Source: Staphylococcus phage vB_SscM-1
Reading direction: 5' to 3' (one strand)
DNA: 64,000 nucleotides
Sequence record: NC_047767.1
In this document: piece by piece, positions 8,384 to 16,893 of the stretch
How the letters are laid out: every line of letters begins with the position of its first letter
Numbering within the stretch: the first letter of the stretch is position 1
Made by a program: the position numbers and the translations under genes
Notes under the pieces: model-generated
Told to the model about the DNA's origin: nothing
The model's input: only the letters and a program-made list of their open reading frames with translations
Databases searched by the model: none

Positions 8384-8704
8384 CTAAACACAATCGGCTT
8401 CAGAATAAATACTATATTCATCAAGAAAAGTACTTATTATATTTTTATAATCCTGGGTAATGATTTTACCATAAGAAGTCTTTACATCAATTACAAAAGT
8501 AATCTTTCCGAAAGTATCAAGGTTTAGCTCACATATAACCTCGTTTGGGTTATCCGAAGGTAGAAAATAATAATCAAAGTGTAGAATAGAACCATTTGTC
8601 AAAAGTCTATTAATTCTATATATGTGGTAAAAATCCCTATCCCCATTAAAATAAGACAAGGACTCTTTAAATTCTAACTTTAATGTATCTTTATACTTTA
8701 TCAA
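8384..8704 (-). CDS. hypothetical protein
   Basis: 106-aa ORF; its stop is 13 nt from the next gene's start. Confidence 0.5.
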   Translation of the reverse strand: MIKYKDTLKLEFKESLSYFNGDRDFYHIYRINRLLTNGSILHFDYYFLPSDNPNEVICELNLDTFGKITFVIDVKTSYGKIITQDYKNIISTFLDEYSIYSEADCV

Positions 8705-8741
8705 TCTTCAAACCTCCTCCACCATTTAATTTTTATATCTA

Positions 8742-9005
8742 TCACTTGTGTGGTATAATAGTAATGATATAAGATACTACAACAATAATAAGTAATATAA
8801 TTATTATGAATATATTCTCATGTACAATAAGAAATATATTAAAGCTTGACATTAAATATATTCCTAAAACATATGATGCCTGTAATTTTATATAGTAAAA
8901 GTACCTCATGTAAATATACCTACTAAGATTATCAATGGTGTTATTCAGTGCTATAAAATAGAACCAGAATAGAGGTAAAGATATACCGATAGCTAAGTAA
9001 GTCAT
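8742..9005 (-). CDS. hypothetical membrane protein
   Basis: 87 aa, very hydrophobic, with at least two predicted TM helices. Confidence 0.45.
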   Translation of the reverse strand: MTYLAIGISLPLFWFYFIALNNTIDNLSRYIYMRYFYYIKLQASYVLGIYLMSSFNIFLIVHENIFIIIILLIIVVVSYIITIIPHK

Positions 9006-9159
9006 TTACAGCAACACCAATCTATATAATATAGAGTATCCATATATTACCTATTAAATACCTGGATTACATAACTAATATAACATTCACAAACTTTTAC
9101 AAAGGAGGAATGTTAGATTAATAAGTGTAGCAAAATTTACCAAAGGAGGTCTCTAGGAC

Positions 9160-9546
9160 TTGTTTAATAACGTTTTTAAATTAATAATAAAGACAGTAAT
9201 CATCATTATATTCTTATTACTCATTCTATCTATTAATAACGCAATAGCTCTTATCTTTGGTATTAGACCTCAAACAGTAATAGCTTACGCTTTAGTAGGC
9301 GTAGGAGCTTCATATATATCTTTGATGTTCTATGATAGAGCAGTAGAGAAGAAGGAAGACCCTCTACCAGAGTATATACTCAAAGAAGTTGAAATTACAA
9401 GAGAAGAAGTAGAAGTTCTTAAATCTATTATACACGAGAAGATAGATATGAGCGACACAACAGAAGAGGAGATAAGAGTTCGTGCTAAAGTAAGGGAGAG
9501 GGAAAAACGTGAAAGAGAAAACCAGAGCAGAAGTAAAGAAAGCTAG
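9160..9546 (+). CDS. hypothetical membrane protein with charged C-terminal tail
   Basis: TTG start preceded by aaaggaggt. N-terminal TM helices, then an E/R/K-rich tail. This is the first plus-strand gene after the divergent region. Confidence 0.5.
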   Translation: MFNNVFKLIIKTVIIIIFLLLILSINNAIALIFGIRPQTVIAYALVGVGASYISLMFYDRAVEKKEDPLPEYILKEVEITREEVEVLKSIIHEKIDMSDTTEEEIRVRAKVREREKRERENQSRSKES

Positions 9547-9778
9547 GAAGGAACTACTAAAGTCTGCAGAGGTTAAATCCATAACCTATAAAGGTGATAA
9601 ACGTATATCAAGCCCTAGTAGGGTATGTGGCGTGTGTAGAGCACCTCTATCAGGCATGAATTACGTGGAGGGTGTTGTACTATCAAAAAAGAAACACATC
9701 CACTTACAGTACTCTAAATTCCTTTATATAGACATATGTTATAACATCACAGACTGCTACAGAAATTTAAAGATATAG
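9509..9778 (+). CDS. hypothetical protein
   Basis: 89-aa ORF overlapping the previous gene by 38 nt. Coding status is uncertain. Confidence 0.3.
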   Translation: MKEKTRAEVKKARKELLKSAEVKSITYKGDKRISSPSRVCGVCRAPLSGMNYVEGVVLSKKKHIHLQYSKFLYIDICYNITDCYRNLKI

Positions 9779-9789
9779 GAGGTAATGAC

Positions 9790-10209
9790 TTGAATTCTAA
9801 AAATATAAGAGAGAAGATGCAGAAAAAGAAAGCACAAGAAGAGGATGCAAGACAAGCTATCACTAATGGTTTTATGCACAATATACACAAGTTAATGATG
9901 GACTTTAGTAAGAAAGTAGATAGCAATCAAATAGAAATAAAAGATACAAATGATTTGTATAAACTGTATGTTATCTTTAGCCAAATGAGTCAGTTGGATA
10001 ATAATGGTAATGAAGGCGGAGGAGCCTTACCACAATTATCAAGTACACAACAGCAAGTATTTGAAGATATCATAGACAACTCAGAAATAGACTCTGAAGA
10101 GGCAAAAGTAGACTTACAGAAAATTTCAGAAATGACAGAAGATGAGATTACTCAAATGATTTTAGAGAAAGAACAAATCATGAATGAAGAGAATTCTCAA
10201 ACATTCTAA
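9790..10209 (+). CDS. hypothetical acidic protein
   Basis: 139-aa ORF with RBS ataggaggtaatgac just upstream. Confidence 0.5.
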   Translation: MNSKNIREKMQKKKAQEEDARQAITNGFMHNIHKLMMDFSKKVDSNQIEIKDTNDLYKLYVIFSQMSQLDNNGNEGGGALPQLSSTQQQVFEDIIDNSEIDSEEAKVDLQKISEMTEDEITQMILEKEQIMNEENSQTF

Positions 10210-10221
10210 GGAGAGATATGA

Positions 10222-10565
10222 ATGGATGGAAAGAAAATATTAAAAATAGCTCAAGAAACATTTGGTACTGAGGAGATAACAAGAGAACAATTAGACCACA
10301 TTATCAACATGTTAAATCCCTCAACATATATGTTAAGGTACCATACTTTAAGAGGGCACCCTATTACATTTAGTATTCCTAATAGGGATAGAAGTAAAGC
10401 ACAGGCACACCGCCCCTGGCAAGTAAAAATCGTAAATGACACCCATCCAAATAAAGTAGTAATTAAAAGCAGACAGCTTGGATTATCGGAAATGGGTGTA
10501 ATGGAGATGGTGCACTTTGCAGACCTTCATAGTTATGCTAACGTGAAGTGTTTGTTTACATTCCC
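10222..10565 (+). CDS. terL: terminase large subunit, exon 1 (ATPase N-terminus with Walker A)
   Basis: KSRQLGLSE resembles the T4 gp17 Walker A motif SRQLGKT. The track ORF runs on to a stop at 10570 inside intron sequence. The splice site is placed after U10565 (P1: attccct pairing with ggggaat, U·G at the junction). Confidence 0.6.
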
Positions 10566-10830
10566 TAAATAGTTGGGGAATTAAAACTCTGTTAAACGGG
10601 CAAAGCTGAATAATGAATAAGCTGGTAAGAGAACCTAAGTCCAAACGGATAGAGGCAATCCCGTGCTAAATCGAACTAAGGTATATATACCTTAGTTACG
10701 TAAAAGCCTAACGACTAAATTTCTAGGTAGCTATACAAAAGGGTATAGTGAGAACTAGATAAGAAAGCTCTTTATAGAGAAGTAAAGCAGAGAGCTTAAC
10801 ACCAAAACGTTGAGCTAAGATATAGTCTAG
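10566..10830 (+). mobile_element. group I intron (terL intron 1, ORF-less, ~265 nt)
   Basis: It shares a 17-nt 5' element and a ~60-nt near-identical core (gcctaACGACUAaat...) with the downstream intron. AACGACUA resembles P7 of phage IA2 introns. It ends in G10830, and joining restores a Pro codon (cc|t) and the reading frame. Confidence 0.6.
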
Positions 10831-11041
10831 TCCGTATATAAATATCACGAAAGTGACGGTAGTAACGACTAACGAACAAATGAAGAAATTTGTTCAGTCT
10901 AGGTTAAACCCAGTACTAGAGAAGGAATATTTTAAAGATATTGTAAACTGGGACAAAGACTCACTAGGATATAAACAAATAAGAAATTCTAGTATGTTCT
11001 TTAGAACTAGTAGTAAAGCTAGTACTGTCGAAGGTGTGGAT
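10831..11041 (+). CDS. terL: terminase large subunit, exon 2
   Basis: In-frame coding piece (…PYINITKVTVVTTNEQMKKF…STVEGVD). The ORF track shows only its GTG-initiated part, 10853..11047. The splice site is placed after U11041 (P1: guggaU pairing with GUCCAC). Confidence 0.55.
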
Positions 11042-12274
11042 AGGTAGTAAGTCCACATTAAACTCTGTTAAACGGGGAAACCCCTAACGTAAAGACGAGG
11101 GCAATCCCGTGCTAAATGTTGACTTTATATAAAATATATGTTATAATATATTTGTAAGGTTAATTAAATGCCTAACGACTAAATTTCTAGGTAGCTATAC
11201 AAAAGGGTATAGTGAGAACTAGATAAGAAAACCGCCAAGATTATTTTTAGTAAGTAAATAAGTTTATAAAAAAGGAGGGTTATTGTATGGATATGGAGGA
11301 GAAATTTAAAGAAAAACTATATAATTTAGTAAAAGATGAATATACATTAATAGGTAAATACATTAGAAGTACTGAAAAAGTATGCATTAAACACAATAAA
11401 TGTGGCTATGAATGGGATGTATACCCTGGAAATATACTTAATAAAAATACTAGATGCCCTAGATGTGCAGGTAATGCAAAGCTAACACACAGTGATTTTT
11501 TATCTAGAGTTAAACATGTACATGATGATTCTATCGAAGTACTTAGCACATATAAAGGTCAACTTAAGAAAGTAGATTTACAACATGAATGTGGTTACAG
11601 GTGGTCAGCAACACCTAATAACATACTGAGAGGTAAAGGTTGCCCTAAGTGTAGAGGCTCAATGAAGCTAACACAAGAGCAGATAGATTGTAGGATGTCT
11701 GAGTTATTTGAAGGTGAGTATAAATTTTTAGAACCTTATATAAATAGTGACACAGCTATTATGTGTAAACATTCATGTGGTCATACATGGAAGGTAAGAC
11801 CTTACAATTTATTTGGAGGTAGAAAGTGCCCTGTATGTTATAGAAGGTCACAGGGAGAATTATTCATCCAAAATATTCTAGAGACTAACAAGGTTAACTT
11901 TACAATAGAAAAATCATTTGAGGGTTGTAAAGATAAGATAGCACTAAGGTTTGACTTTTACTTACCCGACTATAATTGTGTTATTGAATATGATGGTGAG
12001 CATCATTTCTTAGACAATCGTTACTCTAAAAATTCAGATTCACTAGAAGTGGTGAAAAAGCGTGATAAGATAAAGGATGATTTCTGTAGAGATAATGGTA
12101 TTAATATGATACGCATTCCATATTATATGGATGATTTAAAAGTTAAGGAACTAATATTAGAACTTCTTGGCGGAAGTAAAGCAGAGAACCTTTCACCTAA
12201 TAGAAAGGTTATGATATAGTCTAATCCGACTCTTAAATGAGTGTTAAAGTATTAGGAAACTAACGGTATAAATG
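11042..12274 (+). mobile_element. group I intron (terL intron 2, ~1.23 kb) carrying a homing-endonuclease ORF
   Basis: The core at 11059..11230 is near-identical to intron 1. The ORF sits after the core. The intron ends in G12274 and exon 3 resumes in frame at 12275 (IDYLSLDE…); 12298/12299 is an alternative 3' site. Confidence 0.6.
11287..12219 (+). CDS. intron-encoded homing endonuclease: three zinc-ribbon repeats plus a DUF559/Vsr-like (PD-(D/E)xK-fold) nuclease domain
   Basis: Three repeats CGYEWDV…CPRC, CGYRWSA…CPKC, CGHTWKV…CPVC. The C-terminus FDFYLPDYNCVIEYDGEHHF…KKRDKIKDDFCRDNGINMIRIPY matches the DUF559 pattern (hDFh…hhIEhDG..H…D..RD..L…G..hhRh). Own RBS aaaaggaggg. Confidence 0.65.
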   Translation: MDMEEKFKEKLYNLVKDEYTLIGKYIRSTEKVCIKHNKCGYEWDVYPGNILNKNTRCPRCAGNAKLTHSDFLSRVKHVHDDSIEVLSTYKGQLKKVDLQHECGYRWSATPNNILRGKGCPKCRGSMKLTQEQIDCRMSELFEGEYKFLEPYINSDTAIMCKHSCGHTWKVRPYNLFGGRKCPVCYRRSQGELFIQNILETNKVNFTIEKSFEGCKDKIALRFDFYLPDYNCVIEYDGEHHFLDNRYSKNSDSLEVVKKRDKIKDDFCRDNGINMIRIPYYMDDLKVKELILELLGGSKAENLSPNRKVMI

Positions 12275-13567
12275 ATTGACTACCTTTCACTCGATGAGTA
12301 TGACCGTGTAAATGCACTTGCTGAGTCCTCAGCATTAGAGTCTATGTCTTCTTCCCCTTTCAAAGTAGTAAGGAGATGGAGCACTCCTACAGTTAAAGAT
12401 TATGGAATAGATAAGTTATACAAACAATCAGACCAATGGTTTTATGGTTATGACTGTAAACACTGTGACCATTTTAATGAAATGAAGTATGAAGACTACA
12501 ACCCAGATGATTTATCCGCAAGTGGAAATGTTCTTCTAGTTAACCCAGATGGAATAGATGAAGAAGCTAAGACTGTTCAGGATGGAACATATCAATATGT
12601 GTGTCAAAAGTGTGGTAAACCTTTAGAAAGATGGTATTCTGGTAGATGGGCTTGCAAGTATCCTAGCAGAACTGAAAATAACAAAGGTATAAGAGGATAC
12701 TTTATAAGCCAACTTAACGCTGTATGGATTTCTTTAGATGAGATTAAAGAAAAAGAAATGAGAACAGAGTCTAAACAAGCATTTTATAACTACATTATAG
12801 GAGCACCTTTCGAAGATGTAAAAATGAAAGTGTTAGATGGAGATATCCTGGATAATAAATCACCATTTGCTAAGAAACAATTATTTAATAGAGATAGATA
12901 CAAGTACATTTCAGTAGGTATAGATTGGGGAAATCATCATTGGGTAACAGTTCATGGTATGACACATGATAATAAGGTAGACCTTATTAGACTGTTTAAT
13001 GTTAAGAAAATGAGTAGACCTGATTTAGTAGAAGCAGACTTAGAGAAGATAATGTATGAGATATCAAAATATGACCCTGATATAATTGTAGCAGATAACG
13101 GAGACTCAGGTAACAATGTTCTTAAACTCATAAATAGATTTGGAGAAGATAAAGTATTTGGATGTACTTATAAATCTTCACCAAGGTCATCAGGACAACT
13201 TAGACCAGAGTTTAATGAGAAAAAGAATACTGTAACAGTAGATAAGCTAATGCAAAATAAAAAGTATATACAAGCATTAAAAACAAAAGATATTAGGATG
13301 TACCAAGAAGTAGATGATGACTTAAAACTTTATTTAAAACATTGGCAAAATGTTATAATTATGGATGAAGAAGATGAAAAGACAGGAGATATATACCAAA
13401 TAATTAAAAGACGTGGAGACGACCATTATAGTCAGTCAGCAGTTATTGGGTATATAGGTATTAATAGACTTTTAGATTTAGAAACTAAAACTAAAGGTAC
13501 TAACTTTGAATCTACATTTGTATCTACTGATTACAACACAGAAGATAATCCCAAATATCATATTTAG
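12275..13567 (+). CDS. terL: terminase large subunit, exon 3 (C-terminal region incl. RNase H-like nuclease domain)
   Basis: Motifs VGIDWGNHHW and DIIVADNGDSG are typical of the terminase nuclease domain. The spliced product is about 615 aa. Confidence 0.65.
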   Translation: MDYLSLDEYDRVNALAESSALESMSSSPFKVVRRWSTPTVKDYGIDKLYKQSDQWFYGYDCKHCDHFNEMKYEDYNPDDLSASGNVLLVNPDGIDEEAKTVQDGTYQYVCQKCGKPLERWYSGRWACKYPSRTENNKGIRGYFISQLNAVWISLDEIKEKEMRTESKQAFYNYIIGAPFEDVKMKVLDGDILDNKSPFAKKQLFNRDRYKYISVGIDWGNHHWVTVHGMTHDNKVDLIRLFNVKKMSRPDLVEADLEKIMYEISKYDPDIIVADNGDSGNNVLKLINRFGEDKVFGCTYKSSPRSSGQLRPEFNEKKNTVTVDKLMQNKKYIQALKTKDIRMYQEVDDDLKLYLKHWQNVIIMDEEDEKTGDIYQIIKRRGDDHYSQSAVIGYIGINRLLDLETKTKGTNFESTFVSTDYNTEDNPKYHI

Positions 13568-13581
13568 GAAGTGAAATAAAC

Positions 13582-14406
13582 TTGACAATTAAAACAATTA
13601 ATGATATAATAAGTAATGTAGATTTAACTACTAAATCTATGGATGAGAATAAACTGTTTTTCTATACAGGTAAATTCTTCTCCATGGAGGATGTTATTGA
13701 TAACTTAGATAAATATAATGTTGTTTATGAGCAAGTATATAAAAGTTATGGATTTAATAACTTTTATGATATGTTCATTTACGCAGACTCCAATACTGAT
13801 AAAGTATATAAAGGAGGAAACAAAGAATTATCTAAGCTTAATAAGGTTAAAAGAAAAGTAATGAGAAATGGCAAAATGATAGAGATGACTGTGTATGAGG
13901 CTAATGGTAATGAAGAAGAAGGTAAAGATAAACAACCATCTTCAGAAGATACTTCTACACCTAGGTCAGCTATCGGAGCAAAAGCAAAAGATAATGGTAA
14001 TGGAGATACTAAGGTAAATCCTAAAAAATTAGCAACCACTTTAGGACAACTAAAGAATTCAGGAGCTAATATTGAAAATGTGAGACAAGATGCTGATATG
14101 TATAGAGAATACACTGATGAAAATGGAGAAACGATAGGTTTGTCTGTTTTTAAAGAAGACGATAATACAATCACATTAGGAGGTTTCACTGGAGCAGAAG
14201 ATGTAACAGGACTAGGTATAAGGTCAGTTATGGAACTTATAAAACTAGGAATACAGAAAGAGAAAGGTATAATTGTAGAAGGTATAGACTCAGTAGAAGC
14301 AGAAGAGTTTTTAAAAACTTTGGGGTTCAAAAAAACTCAAGAAGTTTATAAGATGAGTAAAAAAGATGTTAAAGGATTTATTGGAGACTATGGAGACTTT
14401 TTATAG
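13582..14406 (+). CDS. hypothetical protein
   Basis: 274-aa ORF with a TTG start after aggaag. Confidence 0.5.
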   Translation: MTIKTINDIISNVDLTTKSMDENKLFFYTGKFFSMEDVIDNLDKYNVVYEQVYKSYGFNNFYDMFIYADSNTDKVYKGGNKELSKLNKVKRKVMRNGKMIEMTVYEANGNEEEGKDKQPSSEDTSTPRSAIGAKAKDNGNGDTKVNPKKLATTLGQLKNSGANIENVRQDADMYREYTDENGETIGLSVFKEDDNTITLGGFTGAEDVTGLGIRSVMELIKLGIQKEKGIIVEGIDSVEAEEFLKTLGFKKTQEVYKMSKKDVKGFIGDYGDFL

Positions 14407-14548
14407 TATAATAGTAGTCTATACAATTATATTTTTCACATACACAATTTCAAAGACCTACCATAACATTGTTAGCCTATCTAATCATAAGAAGATTGAT
14501 AGTAGCTTAACAGAACTAAAAAAGGATATAGAAAATTTATTAAAGTAA
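14366..14548 (+). CDS. hypothetical small membrane protein
   Basis: 60 aa with a hydrophobic N-terminus; overlaps the previous gene by 41 nt. Confidence 0.3.
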   Translation: MLKDLLETMETFYSIIVVYTIIFFTYTISKTYHNIVSLSNHKKIDSSLTELKKDIENLLK

Positions 14549-14567
14549 AGGAAGAGGAAATTATATT

Positions 14568-15035
14568 ATGGAAAGAGAATTTAACACACTAACATTAGAA
14601 GAGTCTATTACACCTAAAAGTGAAGAAGTAAGAAAAGAAAAAGTAAAAGAATTCAGCCAAGAGTTATGTAATATGGTAAAAGACTTATACAAAACTTATA
14701 ACTTCTTTAGACAAGACCCTGTAGACGAGAAAGATGGTCACATGATGGTATTCTCTAGTAGACTAGGGGATGAAATAACAGGAGCTTACCATGAAAGAAT
14801 GTTTAAACTTGCTTTTGATAATTCATTAACTATTTTTGAAACAAACAAGCAATTTAAACAAGATGTTGAAGAAGGTAAAGCAATAGAACTAGGTGATGTT
14901 GTAATAGTAGAGACAGCACATCAAAATGTTCTAACAGGAAATGAATTTAACCTAAGCATTACATTTATGCTTAGAGAAGTATATGAAGAAAAACAAAGGA
15001 TTGAAAAGGAAGAAGAAGAGAAGCTTGATTTATAA
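14568..15035 (+). CDS. hypothetical protein
   Basis: 155-aa ORF with RBS aaggaagaggaa. Confidence 0.5.
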   Translation: MEREFNTLTLEESITPKSEEVRKEKVKEFSQELCNMVKDLYKTYNFFRQDPVDEKDGHMMVFSSRLGDEITGAYHERMFKLAFDNSLTIFETNKQFKQDVEEGKAIELGDVVIVETAHQNVLTGNEFNLSITFMLREVYEEKQRIEKEEEEKLDL

Positions 15036-15050
15036 GCTTCTCTATTATTA
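15018..15050 (+). terminator. rho-independent terminator
   Basis: Stem gagaagctt/aagcttctc followed by a T-rich tract; the stop codon lies inside the stem. Confidence 0.45.
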
Positions 15051-15075
15051 TGAGACTAATTTAGGAGTTTAAATA

Positions 15076-16074
15076 ATGAAAAAAGAAAATAAAGTAACAG
15101 GTGTAATAGGAACTTTATTTGTTGTATTTATGGCTGTTGTTATTGTGCTTATGATTATTATGTATCAAAAAACACAACAACAAAAACAAGAAAATGAATC
15201 ATTAGAGAGACTAGTGGAGATTTACAAAAAAGAAGATGAAACTACTGATGACTCCGCTAAAGAGTATGTTAAGAAGATAAATAAAGCGGAAGATGAACTA
15301 GTTAAAGTAAAAAAAGAAACAAACTATAAAAATTACAATTCTAAATCTAAAAAAGAAAAAGCAAAAGAAGATAGAGAAACTAGGGAAAGAATATACAACA
15401 TTAGTAGTGATGAGGATATAGAAGATGAAATAATTATGGTTAGAGGATTGATAGAAGAAAGAGAAGGTATAGATGCACCAAAAATAGTAATAGATGAAGA
15501 AGGCATAGGAACAATAGTTGTTCCTAAAGGTACAGACCTTGAAGATTTAGAAGTAACGAGTATTATATCTGATAACATAGATACCTCTACTTCTAATTTA
15601 AATCCAGCAAGTCCTCTTATACCATCAGTACCTGTTTTACCTCCTTTACCAGAAAGTTCTAACAATAATGATAATACTTATTACCCTCCAGAGGATAATA
15701 ATGTTTTACCAACAACACCTATAGAACCACCTACAACAGAAGAACCTCCTATTGTAAATCCACCTATTATACAACCTCCTGTTGTACAACCTCCAACAAC
15801 TGAGGAACCAAGCACAGAAAATCCAAGTACTGAAGAACCACCAACAGAAGAACCTAGTACTGAAGAACCAAGTACTGAGGAGCCTTCAACAGAAGAACCT
15901 TCAGAAGAACCAAGCACTGAAGAACCTTCAGAAGAAAATCCAATAACAGAAGAACCGTCAATAGAGGAGCCTAGTACTGAAGAACCTACAACTGAAGAAC
16001 CAAGTACTGAGGAAGAAATAACAGAAGAAGTACCTACAACAGAAGAAGAAATTAATGATGAAGAAGAGTCTTAA
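15076..16074 (+). CDS. membrane-anchored protein with P/T/E-rich tandem repeats
   Basis: N-terminal TM helix (GVIGTLFVVFMAVVIVLMIIM), a coiled charged region, then about 15 copies of STEEP/TEEPS. Confidence 0.55.
   Translation: MKKENKVTGVIGTLFVVFMAVVIVLMIIMYQKTQQQKQENESLERLVEIYKKEDETTDDSAKEYVKKINKAEDELVKVKKETNYKNYNSKSKKEKAKEDRETRERIYNISSDEDIEDEIIMVRGLIEEREGIDAPKIVIDEEGIGTIVVPKGTDLEDLEVTSIISDNIDTSTSNLNPASPLIPSVPVLPPLPESSNNNDNTYYPPEDNNVLPTTPIEPPTTEEPPIVNPPIIQPPVVQPPTTEEPSTENPSTEEPPTEEPSTEEPSTEEPSTEEPSEEPSTEEPSEENPITEEPSIEEPSTEEPTTEEPSTEEEITEEVPTTEEEINDEEES
15790..16035 (+). repeat. tandem 15-18-nt coding repeats (ccaagtactgaagaacc…)
   Basis: Repeated gaagaacc(a/t)(ag/tc)(c/t)actgaa units encode the TEEPS array. 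Confidence 0.6.
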
Positions 16075-16151
16075 AAGCTCTTCTTCTTTGATATTTAAGG
16101 TTATGATATATTAATTATGTAAGTAAATTAACCATATGGTGGTGTAAATTA

Positions 16152-16505
16152 TTGATGGGTATTAATATATTATCTTCATTAATAGTTGTTATAACATGTA
16201 TTAGTTTACTATCTCTATTATTAATACTGACTACAGGATACTTCAATAAAAACATTTTGGTTAAAATAACACTTTATGTTATACTAATAGCAGGAATATA
16301 TTTTTTAATTATAATGTTTAAACAGACATCAGGTATTATAAAAGATGATGTTATCAATACAATAGAAAACACAGAAAGATATAATGGATTTGTAAGTCCT
16401 ATTACAGTAGTATCTACAGGTATAATAGGTACAATACTAGGTTCGTGTTGGTATAAGTTTAACAGTTATATAAAAAACTATAATATGAAGAATAAAAAAC
16501 GCTAG
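16152..16505 (+). CDS. hypothetical membrane protein
   Basis: 117 aa with three predicted TM helices. Confidence 0.5.
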   Translation: MMGINILSSLIVVITCISLLSLLLILTTGYFNKNILVKITLYVILIAGIYFLIIMFKQTSGIIKDDVINTIENTERYNGFVSPITVVSTGIIGTILGSCWYKFNSYIKNYNMKNKKR

Positions 16506-16520
16506 AAATGGTGAGTAATA

Positions 16521-16892
16521 GTGACATATTCAAAAGACAAAAAATGGGATGAAGCTAAAGAATTTATTAAGAACCAAGGTATGAAAGATAACTGGATTGA
16601 GATAGTGGATTATTATAGGCAGATAGGTGGTAAGCATGTAGCAGTTTTTATTGCTCTAGATAAAACTAAATACATGATACTAGAAGCAACAAAGGATAAC
16701 AGAGTTATTTTAGTTGATAAAGATAATAATATTAGACTAGAGGACTACACTGTGGTTACAGAAAGTAAAAAAATGTTCTATTATATAGAGGAGCCTTTTG
16801 AAATACAAATAAAGTTACCAGAGCATGTTAGAGACATAACATACAATAACACAGTAGTACTAACGATGGTTAGAGTCAAGGAGGGTAAGTAA
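16521..16892 (+). CDS. hypothetical protein
   Basis: 123-aa ORF immediately upstream of the portal gene (2-nt gap). Confidence 0.5.
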   Translation: MTYSKDKKWDEAKEFIKNQGMKDNWIEIVDYYRQIGGKHVAVFIALDKTKYMILEATKDNRVILVDKDNNIRLEDYTVVTESKKMFYYIEEPFEIQIKLPEHVRDITYNNTVVLTMVRVKEGK

Positions 16893-16893
16893 A

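Noticed and set aside
10853-11047. A separate 64-aa gene starting at GTG 10853.
   Set aside because: The frame is open upstream to 10826 and is flanked on both sides by intron-like sequence. I interpret it as terL exon 2 (10831..11041), not an independent gene.
13779-14330. Long antisense ORFs inside large genes. This one is an example; others are 15333..15917, 19686..19919, 22138..22474, 33964..34662, 34759..35238, 35832..36239, 42504..42845, 55607..55876 and 59037..59339.
   Set aside because: They lie wholly inside stronger sense-strand genes with recognisable domains and have no RBS. Their low-complexity S/L/P-rich translations are what repetitive E/K/G-rich coding DNA gives when read backwards.
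15790-16035. CRISPR array, considered for the TEEPS tandem repeats and for the 97-bp repeats at 7536..7776.
   Set aside because: The TEEPS repeats are in-frame coding units of 15-18 nt with no spacers. The 97-bp repeats occur only twice, with unrelated sequence between them, and there are no cas genes.
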